From the IMG/VR virus record IMGVR_UViG_3300025645_000047, positions 26,571 through 90,570 of that record: a stretch of 64,000 bases of DNA, one strand, 5' to 3'. Below, one piece after another: positions 1 to 9,332 of the stretch. Both the position numbers and the translations under genes were made by a program. The stretch is from a virus. Every line of letters starts with the position of its first letter. The first letter of the stretch is position 1. The notes beneath the pieces are model-generated. The model saw only the letters and a program-made list of their open reading frames with translations, ran no database searches and was not told the origin of the DNA.

Positions 1-2
1 GA

Positions 3-140
3 AAAGATCTTATAGATATAAATGGAGATGGATTAAAAGACGTTACAAGTAGTAAAAAAACTATGGCAAAGCTTAATGAATTATTGCCAGATGAATTTGA
101 ACTATGTATCATAAATGAATTTAAAGATGAGTCAAAATAA
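3..140 (+). CDS. 3' end of a truncated CDS, DUF5675-like (putative peptidoglycan-modifying/lysis protein)
   Basis: Frame 3 is open from the window edge: KDLIDINGDGLKDVTSSKKTMAKLNELLPDEFELCII...ESK*. This resembles C-termini of Flavobacterial-phage DUF5675 proteins (recalled). It lies directly upstream of a holin-like gene. Confidence 0.5.
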   Translation, partial: KDLIDINGDGLKDVTSSKKTMAKLNELLPDEFELCIINEFKDESK

Positions 141-624
141 TGATAACCCAAAGTTAAAAAAAAATGGAGGCTCTGGCACTAATGTAGGTAATGCACTTAG
201 ATTCCTTGTTAAGCAAGGTAAAGAAGTAGCTCCTGAACTATTAGATCTTGCTGGAAGTCTTACGGGTATTAAACAATTAAACTCATTAGGAACGGCCATA
301 AGAGGTGACAAGAGCCTTAGTGAACCAGACAAAAGTATTCTTCTTCAAGAAATGGAGAATGATATGATTGAGATGGTTGAGGTTACCAAGCGTTTACAGA
401 TAGATAGTGAGCACGCTATTACTAGAATGATTAGACCTGTAAGCTATGCAGCTATGTTTGTTTTATTTATGTCTGTAGTATTACTAGATGGTAACTTAGG
501 AGCTTTTACAATAGATAAAGCATACGTACCTGTGATACAATCCTTATTTGGAACTATGACTATATTTTATTTTGGCTCAAGAGGTATTGAAAAAGTAATG
601 AAGACTCTTAAGAAATCAGAATGA
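115..624 (+). CDS. Putative holin (GTA/3TM-holin-like); likely start ATG 128
   Basis: Soluble N-terminus, then RMIRP, two hydrophobic helices and a FYFGSRGIEK C-terminal signature typical of this holin family. Confidence 0.65.
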   Translation: MNLKMSQNNDNPKLKKNGGSGTNVGNALRFLVKQGKEVAPELLDLAGSLTGIKQLNSLGTAIRGDKSLSEPDKSILLQEMENDMIEMVEVTKRLQIDSEHAITRMIRPVSYAAMFVLFMSVVLLDGNLGAFTIDKAYVPVIQSLFGTMTIFYFGSRGIEKVMKTLKKSE

Positions 625-830
625 GTAGGTTAGAAACCTTTCTTAAAGACAATATAATATTTGTTGTCACTTTTGTTTTTTCTTGTGGAATAATGTATTC
701 TGAAATTCAAAGCTTAAGAACTGTAGAAGATAGATTAGGCAAAAAAATTAAAGTAATATCACAAATGTCTGGTCAAATAAATGAATTAGAAAATAGAATA
801 ATTGTTTTAGAGACTACCAAGTGTAATTAG
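621..830 (+). CDS. Small membrane-anchored coiled-coil protein (possible lysis accessory)
   Basis: One N-terminal TM segment (IIFVVTFVFSCGIMY) followed by heptad-like helix; ATGA overlap with the holin. Confidence 0.5.
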   Translation: MSRLETFLKDNIIFVVTFVFSCGIMYSEIQSLRTVEDRLGKKIKVISQMSGQINELENRIIVLETTKCN

Positions 831-865
831 CTTATTAAATATTTTAGCTATAACATATAATAGCG

Positions 866-891
866 TTGACTTACATTATGTTATACTTTTG
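866..891 (+). promoter_or_regulatory. Possible Bacteroidetes-type promoter upstream of the head operon
   Basis: TACTTTTG (TAnnTTTG -7 element) at 884-891 and TTGAC at 866-870. The spacing is shorter than in the other promoters in this window. Confidence 0.4.
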
Positions 892-920
892 TTGAAGGAG
901 AATAATATAAAAATATTTCA

Positions 921-2060
921 ATGGAAGAATTAAATTTAGGAGATTTGAATTTTGACACGGACACTCTTCAGTTATTTGATGAGTCAACAGGAGTGCAAGA
1001 ACCAAAAGCAGACGGGACTACTCCTCCGTCAACAACAGTTGCAGATGCTGCAGTAGCTAATGTAACAAACGATACAAACACTGATGGTGAAGGTGATGAT
1101 CCAGTGGATCCAAACCTAGAGAGCGTAGCTGATCAGAGTAAAGACAAAAATCAAGTTCAGGCAGGTAAAACACCTAATGGAAAAGAAGGCAGCGATTCTT
1201 CCTCTCCTAAACTGAATGAGACTGAACAGCTTTATTCAAACTTAGCTGCCGAATTCAAAGCCAAAGGTATTTTACCTGAGCTTGATGATGTTTCTTCTAT
1301 AAAGTCTATGAAAGACATAGAAGAAGCAATTAAGAAATCAGTCGATTCTAGACTAACAGAACGACAGAAAGTTATTGAAGATGCACAGAAAGCTGGAGCA
1401 CCAATAACAGAGGTTTCTCAAAAAGTAGACACCATAGATAAACTTAAGCAGGTTACTCCTGAGTTTATTAGAGATGACAATAACATTCAGTTTAGAAAGA
1501 CTGCAATTGTTCAAGATTTCATTGAAAAAGGATATGGTGCTGAAAGAGCTGAAGCAATGGCTCAAAGAAGTATTGATGCTGGTACAGATATTGAAGATGC
1601 AGAATTTGCATTAGAGAGTCTTATTAAATCAGAAGAGGCTTCTTTAAAAATTATAATTGATAATGCAAAGGCTGGAGAAAAAGAAAGCCTAAATAACATT
1701 AAAGATTATATTGCTAAAACATCAGAAGTAATTCCTGGTATTGAATTAACTGATTCTCAAAAGGATGAGTTATACAATCAGATTACTACTGACTTAGGTA
1801 ATAAGGACAACGCATTTATGGTTGCCCAAAAAGCTGATCCAATTGGATCTAGAATTAAACTCGAAGCTTTATTTTACTTAACTGGTGGTCTAAAAGACTT
1901 TTCTATATTTGGAAACAAAGCAGAAAGTAAGATTACTAATAACATAGAAAATTTATTAAGAGGTGCTAATTTTACGCAAGAAGGTTCAGTAGATACTAAT
2001 GTAGCTGATGGAAATTCTAACTTTAAATTATCAGATCTTAAGGATTTAACAATAGAGTAA
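921..2060 (+). CDS. crAss-like conserved protein upstream of MCP (putative scaffold, crAssphage gene-77-like)
   Basis: Acidic low-complexity N-terminus, helical C-terminal half, position directly before the MCP as in Crassvirales. Confidence 0.65.
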   Translation: MEELNLGDLNFDTDTLQLFDESTGVQEPKADGTTPPSTTVADAAVANVTNDTNTDGEGDDPVDPNLESVADQSKDKNQVQAGKTPNGKEGSDSSSPKLNETEQLYSNLAAEFKAKGILPELDDVSSIKSMKDIEEAIKKSVDSRLTERQKVIEDAQKAGAPITEVSQKVDTIDKLKQVTPEFIRDDNNIQFRKTAIVQDFIEKGYGAERAEAMAQRSIDAGTDIEDAEFALESLIKSEEASLKIIIDNAKAGEKESLNNIKDYIAKTSEVIPGIELTDSQKDELYNQITTDLGNKDNAFMVAQKADPIGSRIKLEALFYLTGGLKDFSIFGNKAESKITNNIENLLRGANFTQEGSVDTNVADGNSNFKLSDLKDLTIE

Positions 2061-2085
2061 ACAACTTTTTAAAAACAATTAAATT

Positions 2086-3585
2086 ATGCAATTAGGACGG
2101 TTCCAAGTAACTGACGCAAAAGCGTTTGCTGGTATGATTAATCCTGAAAACACATTAGGTGCTATCTGGAAAACATCTCCAACAAAGATTAATGATGCTA
2201 TGATCAAATTGTTAGCAATCAATAGAGGTAAGTCTCTAGAGAACATGCTAGCTAAATTTGAGACTAAGCAAGTAGAGAATGACAATGAGTTCTATTGGGA
2301 GCTTATAGGCTCTTCTCGTAGAAACATTCCATTAGTGGAAGCTTCTTTCAAAGGTGCAACTGTTACAGGTAGTGACAACAACATTGGAGAAGGTGGCCAA
2401 GAATTTGAATTAACATTTGACGAGCAGTGGTTCTTCAAAGGTGAATTGATTGTTGGTGAAAAAAATGAAGTGTATCCAATTAGACTATTAGATGATGGTT
2501 ATCCATCAGGAAGTCAGTGGGTTCATACTGCAGAAATTGCAGGTTCAGATCGTTCAGGTATCCCTGGTTCTGAATTGGTAGCTGGAAAAAGATTTACTGA
2601 AGAGTTCGCTCCTGTAGGTAAAGGTTTATCTCGTGAAGTAGGTGGAATTCGTAGAGTTACTCCTGTCGCTATGAGAGGTGAGTTAACTACTATTCGTATT
2701 GACCACAAACTTCCAGGTGATGCTACAAACAAGCAAGTTGTAATGGGTCTTCCTGTTATTGACAAGGCTGGTAACAAAAAAGTATTTGGTGCATTATCAT
2801 TATACGAGGATTGGTTAGTAGAGCAAGAATTTTCTCTTTACAAAAACAAATTCCTTATGTATGGTAAGACAAACAGAACTTCTGATGGTCAGTACCATAA
2901 CAAAGATGTTTCTGGACGTAGTATCAAAATTGGATCAGGTATCCGTGAGCAAATGGAGCAATCTAACACTTACTTCTACAATGATTTCTCAATTGAGTTA
3001 TTAGAAGAAATCCTTTTCGGATTATCAGAAGGTAAGTTAGGATTCAACCAACGTGTTTTCATTCTTCGTACAGGAGAAAGAGGAGCTGCAGAATTCCACA
3101 AAGCTGTCTTACAGACAACTTCAGGATGGTCAGCTAACATGAGTACTCCAGGAACTAACCCTGCAACTGTAAAAAGCACTAGCTCTGAGTTACATAGTAA
3201 CGCAATGGCTGCTGGATTCCAGTTCGTAGAGTATATGGCTCCAAACGGTGTAACTGTTAAGTTAGAAGTAGATGATTTCTATGATGATAAAATTCGTAAC
3301 ACAATCAAGATCCCTGGATCTAATGGTGTAGCTGAATCTTACAGATTTGATATCTTTTACATGGGTACTATGGAAGATCCAAACATCCAAAAAGTACAAG
3401 TTAAAGGTAAGGAAGAGTACCGTGGATATCAGTATGGTTTCAGAAATCCTTTTACAGGAGCTGTAAACAACGAGAACATGGGAACTTTAGAGGACAGTGG
3501 AACTATCACCAAATGGTGTCAGTTAGGAGTTGTGGTTTATGACCCAAGTCGTACCGCTTCAATCATCCCTTACGTATTAGCGTAA
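2086..3585 (+). CDS. Major capsid protein (crAss-like)
   Basis: 499 aa. Motifs LGRFQ..., FYWELIGSSRRNIPLVEA, GSGIREQME, TGERGAAEFHKAV, EYMAPNGVTVKLEVDDFYDD and ESYRFDI match the recalled crAss MCP. Strong high-expression codon bias (TTC, ATC, CGT) and a terminator follow. Confidence 0.93.
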   Translation: MQLGRFQVTDAKAFAGMINPENTLGAIWKTSPTKINDAMIKLLAINRGKSLENMLAKFETKQVENDNEFYWELIGSSRRNIPLVEASFKGATVTGSDNNIGEGGQEFELTFDEQWFFKGELIVGEKNEVYPIRLLDDGYPSGSQWVHTAEIAGSDRSGIPGSELVAGKRFTEEFAPVGKGLSREVGGIRRVTPVAMRGELTTIRIDHKLPGDATNKQVVMGLPVIDKAGNKKVFGALSLYEDWLVEQEFSLYKNKFLMYGKTNRTSDGQYHNKDVSGRSIKIGSGIREQMEQSNTYFYNDFSIELLEEILFGLSEGKLGFNQRVFILRTGERGAAEFHKAVLQTTSGWSANMSTPGTNPATVKSTSSELHSNAMAAGFQFVEYMAPNGVTVKLEVDDFYDDKIRNTIKIPGSNGVAESYRFDIFYMGTMEDPNIQKVQVKGKEEYRGYQYGFRNPFTGAVNNENMGTLEDSGTITKWCQLGVVVYDPSRTASIIPYVLA

Positions 3586-3597
3586 TTGATAAAGACT

Positions 3598-3634
3598 TAA
3601 TTACCCTCGTTTGTTCGATGAGGGTAATTATTTT
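3598..3634 (+). terminator. Rho-independent terminator after MCP
   Basis: TAATTACCCTC...GAGGGTAATTA inverted repeat followed by TTTT. Confidence 0.85.
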
Positions 3635-3702
3635 AAAGTAACAGTTGGGAGATCTGTAAACACTCCCAAACATAAGGAAGGAAGAATCATAAATAAGATA
3701 AC

Positions 3703-4605
3703 ATGGCAACAGCTAAAAAAAGTGCAGCTTCAAATGAATCTGCAAAACAAATAAGAACTGATTTCTTAGAAGATAGGATAGTATCAGTAAAGCATATTCC
3801 AAATGAGACAAATGGAATTAAAGATATTAAGCACGTAGCATACGGAGGCTTATTGAATGGAGCAGAGGTAGCAATACCAGCACCAACAATGGATAATGGG
3901 AAGATGAAAAATCTTCTTACCAATGTAGAGAAAGAAGGATTAGAGCACGTATTGAATGGGGTTGACTTATCAATATACGGGCCATTCTGGAAAACTGGAG
4001 GAGATGCATATAGCATGGGTATTCTTCCTATATACTTAGGTAAAGATGAATTAAGATTAGACTTGTCTGATCCTTATGATTACATCAAGTACAAAGTGTT
4101 ATTAGCATGTCCAGTAGTTGCAAACACTCTTGATGAGATTAAGCACAGGGCTACTAACAAATTTGTACTAACATCAGCTTCTGAGCAAATGGCTAAAGAA
4201 ATTGATAAAGTTGGAAACAAAGTACAAGCATACAAGTTGTATGTAAAGTATGAAGAAGACAAAGAAATATTAAGATACACTTTAAGAAACCTTGGTAGAA
4301 ATACTAACAGATCTCATAAGCTAGATTTCTTGCAGTCTGAATTACATAAAGAACTTGAGAAGAACCCAAGTTTACTTTGTTCTATTATGGGTGATGATTT
4401 TCTAAAAATGAAAGTGTTGTTAGAATCTTGTTACGAATTTGGAGCAATTAATAAAGTAGAGAAGAAGTTTTATACTTTAGATGATGAGCCTATTTCTGAT
4501 GGAGATGCTCCAATCCTACAAACTGCTGCTGAATTTTTAGCATCTAATTTAGGACAAGAAATGAGGTTAGCATTGCAAGCAAAGCTTAAGCATAACTTAA
4601 AGTAG
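3703..4605 (+). CDS. crAss-like virion protein downstream of MCP (portal-vertex auxiliary / gene-75-like)
   Basis: Position after the MCP; LDLSDPYDYIKYKVLLA motif as recalled for this crAss family. Confidence 0.7.
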   Translation: MATAKKSAASNESAKQIRTDFLEDRIVSVKHIPNETNGIKDIKHVAYGGLLNGAEVAIPAPTMDNGKMKNLLTNVEKEGLEHVLNGVDLSIYGPFWKTGGDAYSMGILPIYLGKDELRLDLSDPYDYIKYKVLLACPVVANTLDEIKHRATNKFVLTSASEQMAKEIDKVGNKVQAYKLYVKYEEDKEILRYTLRNLGRNTNRSHKLDFLQSELHKELEKNPSLLCSIMGDDFLKMKVLLESCYEFGAINKVEKKFYTLDDEPISDGDAPILQTAAEFLASNLGQEMRLALQAKLKHNLK

Positions 4606-4615
4606 GATATAGACA

Positions 4616-5398
4616 ATGACTGCATCAGAAACAAAAGAAGAGTTTAATTTAAGATATAACAATGCACTGGAAGGTGCACCTGGTTTAGACACTTTTGAAA
4701 TAAGTTCTTACTTAACTATTGCACAAGAGCAATTTGTAAAGCTTATGTATGATGCGTCAAAAGATCCTGCTAATTCTTTTGAACTTCACGAGAGAGCTCG
4801 TAGATCATTAAATGAGTTGGTTGTAAACGAGAAGGTAACACTTCCGGTTGCGTCTGCTAGAGGATTAGTTGATGAGTCGGTATTTTATGAGATAGGTGCA
4901 GGTGGTGGTATTCAAGCTGCTGAGGTTAGAACTCCAATGTATATTGTTTTAGAGACAGTAAGGATAGATGTTAAACGAGGTAGTAATGAAGAGTTTAATT
5001 ACTCAAACAGAGTAATACCTGTATTGCCAACAACTCATGATGAGTTTATGATTAACTATAGAAATCCATTTAGAAAGCCAAACAATAATAAAGTATGGCG
5101 TGTAGATCTTTCTAAAGAAAACTCTAAGACTACTGTAGAATTAGTAGCAACAGTGGCTATTAAGGAATACAATGTCCGATATATTGCTTATCCTTTTCCT
5201 ATCATAGTGGAAAACTTAAGTACAGCTGAGGATACTGCTGGACTTGGATTGTCAATTAATGGTAAGGTAGCACAAGCTGCATGTCAGTTAAATGAGGCAG
5301 CTCAAAGAGAGATAATTAACATTGCTGTAGAAAATGCAGTTCTAGATTATAGAGACGGAACTTTACAGTCTAGAATGTCATTAGACGCAAGAGTATAA
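4616..5398 (+). CDS. Tail ring protein (crAss gene-74-like)
   Basis: EFNLRYNN...APGLDTFEISSYLTIAQE and NPFRKPN...VWRVD motifs; C-terminal CQLNE..REII..AVE; synteny. Confidence 0.75.
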   Translation: MTASETKEEFNLRYNNALEGAPGLDTFEISSYLTIAQEQFVKLMYDASKDPANSFELHERARRSLNELVVNEKVTLPVASARGLVDESVFYEIGAGGGIQAAEVRTPMYIVLETVRIDVKRGSNEEFNYSNRVIPVLPTTHDEFMINYRNPFRKPNNNKVWRVDLSKENSKTTVELVATVAIKEYNVRYIAYPFPIIVENLSTAEDTAGLGLSINGKVAQAACQLNEAAQREIINIAVENAVLDYRDGTLQSRMSLDARV

Positions 5399-5496
5399 TA
5401 AATTAAAAAATATTAGGAGGTTTGATACGTCCACCTTATATTTACATAAACGATTGTATCAAAAACAATTTATATTAATTAAACACAATTTTTATT

Positions 5497-6465
5497 ATGG
5501 GATTAGCCGGTCAAAATCAGGTTAGACACATGTACGTAGGTGCTCCAGTAGACGTAGCAACTGTAGCTTTATTAAAAGCTGAAGCTGTAAATAGCTTGCA
5601 ACTTTTAGGAGCAACAGGTGAAGCAGTAGCAGCTGGAAAAGCTTTTAAAATGTACCAAAAGGATGCACTAGGAAACATTATCTCTAGTGATACCATTAAG
5701 CCAGATAATGTAACTCATGTAGCATCAGTAGCTTACCAAGCTGCAACAGACAAAGCTGTAACAATTTCTGCTTTAACAGTAGACGTTAACAGTCTTTATA
5801 CTGTATCTATCGAGATAGTAGGACATGGTTCTTTGTCTCCAGAAGACACTTACCTAAAGCAAGCTTTTTACAAAGCAGTTGCAGGTGATGATCAAGAAGC
5901 TATCGTTGATGGTTTAATTGCATCTTTGAATCGTAACTTTTCTCGTGAGATTGGAGCAACAGCAACAAGCAACCCTGCATTTGCATTTAGCAAAACTGGA
6001 ACTGGAGCTGCAGCAGCTTTAGTAGTTACAGGTAAAGCTCAATCAGCAGGATTTGATGGAAACAAAAAGACTCGTGTATACGATGCTTTTGAAGTAGATA
6101 TCAAATGTGAAACTTATCCAACTGTAGCAGTTACTACTCCAGCATTTGCAGGTGTAGGAACAGGATTCCAAATTGTTGAGATGGAATACTTCCTTCTTGG
6201 TGAAAGAGGAGATGCTTACAGAACTAATGGTTACCCGTTCAACCTAGTTGGGCCAGACCTAGTTTCTAACGCAGCTGGAACTTACAACATCATTGAGATT
6301 GTTTATTTTGATGAAGGTAGAGATGAAGCTAAGAAGTCTAAGAAAGGTTTAACTATCGTTGCACCATTCACTAACTTAGCAGGTAATGCAGCTTTAAACA
6401 CTGTAATTGCAGATCTTAATACTATATTAGGAGCAGGTTCAGTAGACGCACTAGCAGAAGCATAG
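5497..6465 (+). CDS. Auxiliary capsid protein (crAss-like)
   Basis: N-terminal QNQVRHMYV and MEYFLLGERGDAYR..GYP motifs; Ala-rich with high-expression codons; followed by a terminator. Confidence 0.8.
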   Translation: MGLAGQNQVRHMYVGAPVDVATVALLKAEAVNSLQLLGATGEAVAAGKAFKMYQKDALGNIISSDTIKPDNVTHVASVAYQAATDKAVTISALTVDVNSLYTVSIEIVGHGSLSPEDTYLKQAFYKAVAGDDQEAIVDGLIASLNRNFSREIGATATSNPAFAFSKTGTGAAAALVVTGKAQSAGFDGNKKTRVYDAFEVDIKCETYPTVAVTTPAFAGVGTGFQIVEMEYFLLGERGDAYRTNGYPFNLVGPDLVSNAAGTYNIIEIVYFDEGRDEAKKSKKGLTIVAPFTNLAGNAALNTVIADLNTILGAGSVDALAEA

Positions 6466-6490
6466 TAGTCTAAACTAAACTAAAATTACC

Positions 6491-6529
6491 AAAGGGACTG
6501 GAATTTAATTTTCCCAGTCCCTTTTTTTT
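6491..6529 (+). terminator. Rho-independent terminator
   Basis: AAAGGGACTGG...CCAGTCCCTTT stem followed by a long T run. Confidence 0.9.
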
Positions 6530-6553
6530 ATTCATTATAACAAAAAAAACATT

Positions 6554-7135
6554 ATGTCAATAACAGTAAATACATTTATGGTCTCTAATGACCTTAGTAC
6601 TATACAGCTTGACGTAGAAGTAACTGCTGGCCAAGTTGTAGATAATTTACTACTATGGGATCAGGATACCTACAAGAACCCAGCTACTGCGGTAAGTCTA
6701 ACATCTTTAATTTCTGGTGCTAGCAATGTTGAGAGTATTGAAATTACAGCAGCACAAGCAGGTGTTTCATCTTTTAGTGGTATTTATTTTCTACAAATAG
6801 AAACAGATGACGAAGAGGCTATTGTTGTAGCTACATTTAATCTAACACAATACTATATAATTCAAGCTAAGCTTATTGCAAACATTGACTTGTCTTGCTT
6901 AAACTGTAATGGCAACTTTCAGAATGCAATCTTATTTGACATGTACTTGGAAGCAACTAAACAGTCATTAGTACTTGGAAGATTCCAAGATGCTATTGAC
7001 AATCTAAAAAAATTAATAATCACAGTAGACACATCTGATTGTGACACTTGTAATGATATAGAGCCATTGGTTTCAACGGCAGGAAATATTGTATCAGTAG
7101 GTGTTATAGATTGCTTACTTACAGAAACACCTTAA
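6554..7135 (+). CDS. Putative tail hub protein
   Basis: Follows the auxiliary capsid gene as crAss hub proteins do; beta-rich N-terminus, helical C-terminus with two CxxC motifs. Confidence 0.5.
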   Translation: MSITVNTFMVSNDLSTIQLDVEVTAGQVVDNLLLWDQDTYKNPATAVSLTSLISGASNVESIEITAAQAGVSSFSGIYFLQIETDDEEAIVVATFNLTQYYIIQAKLIANIDLSCLNCNGNFQNAILFDMYLEATKQSLVLGRFQDAIDNLKKLIITVDTSDCDTCNDIEPLVSTAGNIVSVGVIDCLLTETP

Positions 7136-7136
7136 G

Positions 7137-8117
7137 ATGAAAGAAAAAGATGCGAGAATATTTGTCACATCAGTATCTAATGCTTCTAAAAGGTTAGAGT
7201 ATTATGGTGATGCACAAATAGAAGGAATAACTTTACTTAAGTTAATATATAAGTATGCAAGTTATTGTACAACATATAAGCAGCTACAACGCCTTAACTC
7301 TATGGTTTCAACACTACAGACCACTGATCATTTAATATGCATGGAGTATCAAGCACTTCCTGCTTACAATGTGCCTTTAAGCGGAACAGGAGAAGTAGTG
7401 ATAGGTGCAGGAAGCCCTAATCAGCCTCCTACACTTGGAGATATATCAATAACTCTTCTTGAAGGAATAACTGCGTTTGGATTTGCAGATGTAGTGTTGT
7501 ATGAAAATTATGTAGATGATGCTGGTGGTTCTCCATCAGGCTTTGTAATAAAAACACTTCCTGCTAACGGAGGATTATATTATGGTAATGAGATAGTAAC
7601 TTTAAATACTATATTGCCTATTTCTGCTTTCTTAATATTTGAAAGATATCCAGATGGAATATCAGGAGTGGATGATGCATATGTAACTACGTTTACATTT
7701 TCAGCATTTGATGACAACACACAACTTCCACTTGAATCTAACATAGCAACAGTAACAGTCAATGTAGACGCATTAGGAGTAACAAATGAACCAGCAACAG
7801 TGGGAGATAGAGCACAGTATTCAGACAACAGAGCTACAACAGTATTTACAGTAGCTGATTTTACAGTTAATGCAATAGCACCATACTTTGATCCAGAAGG
7901 AAATGATCTTGATGCAATTCGTATTGATGAGGTGTCAGACGCTAACACTGGAGTTTATTATTTCTTTGATGCTGAAGTAACTGTAGGACAAGTTATAACC
8001 AATGCAGAAATAGCTGCAGGTGCTTTTTATCACGTTGCAGCAGATCAGAATGAAATATCAACAGACACGTTTGAGGCAAGTGTAAGAGACACTGGCTCTA
8101 TGATATGGGTAAGTTAA
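7137..8117 (+). CDS. Virion protein with helical N-terminus and two cadherin-like domains
   Basis: Repeats beginning NQPPTLGD / NEPATVGD, with DPEGNDLDAIRI and FTFSAFD/FEASVRD ends. Confidence 0.6.
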   Translation: MKEKDARIFVTSVSNASKRLEYYGDAQIEGITLLKLIYKYASYCTTYKQLQRLNSMVSTLQTTDHLICMEYQALPAYNVPLSGTGEVVIGAGSPNQPPTLGDISITLLEGITAFGFADVVLYENYVDDAGGSPSGFVIKTLPANGGLYYGNEIVTLNTILPISAFLIFERYPDGISGVDDAYVTTFTFSAFDDNTQLPLESNIATVTVNVDALGVTNEPATVGDRAQYSDNRATTVFTVADFTVNAIAPYFDPEGNDLDAIRIDEVSDANTGVYYFFDAEVTVGQVITNAEIAAGAFYHVAADQNEISTDTFEASVRDTGSMIWVS

Positions 8118-8135
8118 TTTAAAACAAATAAAATA

Positions 8136-8876
8136 ATGTTATATACACTAACTAATGGTGGGCTTCAAAATGGTAGGCCCACCGCAATAGGATCAGTTTC
8201 AATAGGAATGAGCTCTGTACAAACTCATGTATTTACTGTTGCTAATTTTACAACAGAGACATCTCCTGCTTATTCTGACCCTGAAAATGATCCATTAGCA
8301 TACATAAAAATATTAAGTCTACCAGACACAGGAACTTTAGCTGTACAGGGTATTATATCTCAAGCAGTTACTGTTGGAACTCTTATTCAAGTAGGAGTTA
8401 TCACATCAGGAAATTTTGTATACATAGCCACAGGTGTTGAAAGCTATACTAGTACTTGGAACTTTGATGCTGCTGATACGGGATCTAATTCACTTAGTGG
8501 ATTAAATTCAGGTACTGTAGCAATGGCTGTAATAGGAGTGGCTAATGAAAAGCCATCTCTTGTTGGAGACAATACTATAGCAAAAAATTACTCAGAGTCA
8601 CACGTGTTTAGCTTAGCAGATTTTACAAGTAATACTACGCCAGCTTACACTGACCCGGAAGGTGATTTACCACAAGCTGTAAAGATATTAAGCATCCCTT
8701 CAAATGGATCTCTTCAGTTTAATGGTTCTAACGTAATAGTTAACCAGATAATAAAAGCCAATGAAGTTGACTTAGGTTATTTGGTATACGTGCCTAACCT
8801 GGCCACCACTACAGTTCAAACTTTAACTTTTAACTTTGCAGTATCTGATGTAGGATCTGGAGAATTTACAGAATAA
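8136..8876 (+). CDS. Tandem cadherin-like domain protein
   Basis: Two ~120-aa repeats: HVFTVANFTTETSPAYSDPENDPLAYIKILSLP and HVFSLADFTSNTTPAYTDPEGDLPQAVKILSIP. Confidence 0.65.
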   Translation: MLYTLTNGGLQNGRPTAIGSVSIGMSSVQTHVFTVANFTTETSPAYSDPENDPLAYIKILSLPDTGTLAVQGIISQAVTVGTLIQVGVITSGNFVYIATGVESYTSTWNFDAADTGSNSLSGLNSGTVAMAVIGVANEKPSLVGDNTIAKNYSESHVFSLADFTSNTTPAYTDPEGDLPQAVKILSIPSNGSLQFNGSNVIVNQIIKANEVDLGYLVYVPNLATTTVQTLTFNFAVSDVGSGEFTE

Positions 8877-8877
8877 T

Positions 8878-9264
8878 ATGGGAGTAATGACATTGTTTAT
8901 TGGAGAAGAATATATAGTAGGAACTGGACAGCATGGTGATATAGATACGGTAATAAGTACTGTGTCTGTATGCGAAGGAGTATGGAGTCTTCAAGTTGTT
9001 TGTACCTCATCATTGTGGGTTGAGTTTGATTTGTCAGATGCATTTTGCACTGTGACAAGAGCAGATAATGATCCTTTTGTGAATGGAGAAACACTTACTG
9101 GAAACAGAGAATACATTATATCTATCACTGGCTTTCAATCATTTGCTGGTCAACAAAATACTACTGAGTCACAAGTAGTGTGTACTGTAAAGAATACTGA
9201 ACTTGGAGCAGAGATAAACTCTTCAGAAATGACTAGGCTTCATGCTAGTTTAAATTGTAATTAA
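8878..9264 (+). CDS. Hypothetical beta-rich protein (possible virion accessory)
   Basis: 128-aa ORF tightly packed within the structural operon. Confidence 0.5.
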   Translation: MGVMTLFIGEEYIVGTGQHGDIDTVISTVSVCEGVWSLQVVCTSSLWVEFDLSDAFCTVTRADNDPFVNGETLTGNREYIISITGFQSFAGQQNTTESQVVCTVKNTELGAEINSSEMTRLHASLNCN

Positions 9265-9267
9265 TAA

Positions 9268-9295
9268 AGGTGTATCACTTGTTTGTGATATGCCT
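9268..9295 (+). terminator. Hairpin ending the hub/cadherin gene block
   Basis: AGGTGTATCAC-ttgttt-GTGATATGCCT stem, with G-U pairs on the + strand; weak U tract. Confidence 0.5.
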
Positions 9296-9297
9296 AC

Positions 9298-9328
9298 TTG
9301 ACTTCTCTATTTAATTTTTATATATTTG
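9298..9328 (+). promoter_or_regulatory. Bacteroidetes-type promoter (-33/-7)
   Basis: TTGAC-N18-TATATTTG; the ATG follows 4 nt later. Confidence 0.7.
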
Positions 9329-9332
9329 TTAC

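Noticed and set aside
5421-5463. Inverted repeat TTTGATAC..GTATCAAA around TATATTTA upstream of the auxiliary capsid gene as an operator/promoter
   Set aside because: Only 8 bp in AT-rich DNA, and no -33 TTG at the spacing seen in the other promoters; too weak to call.
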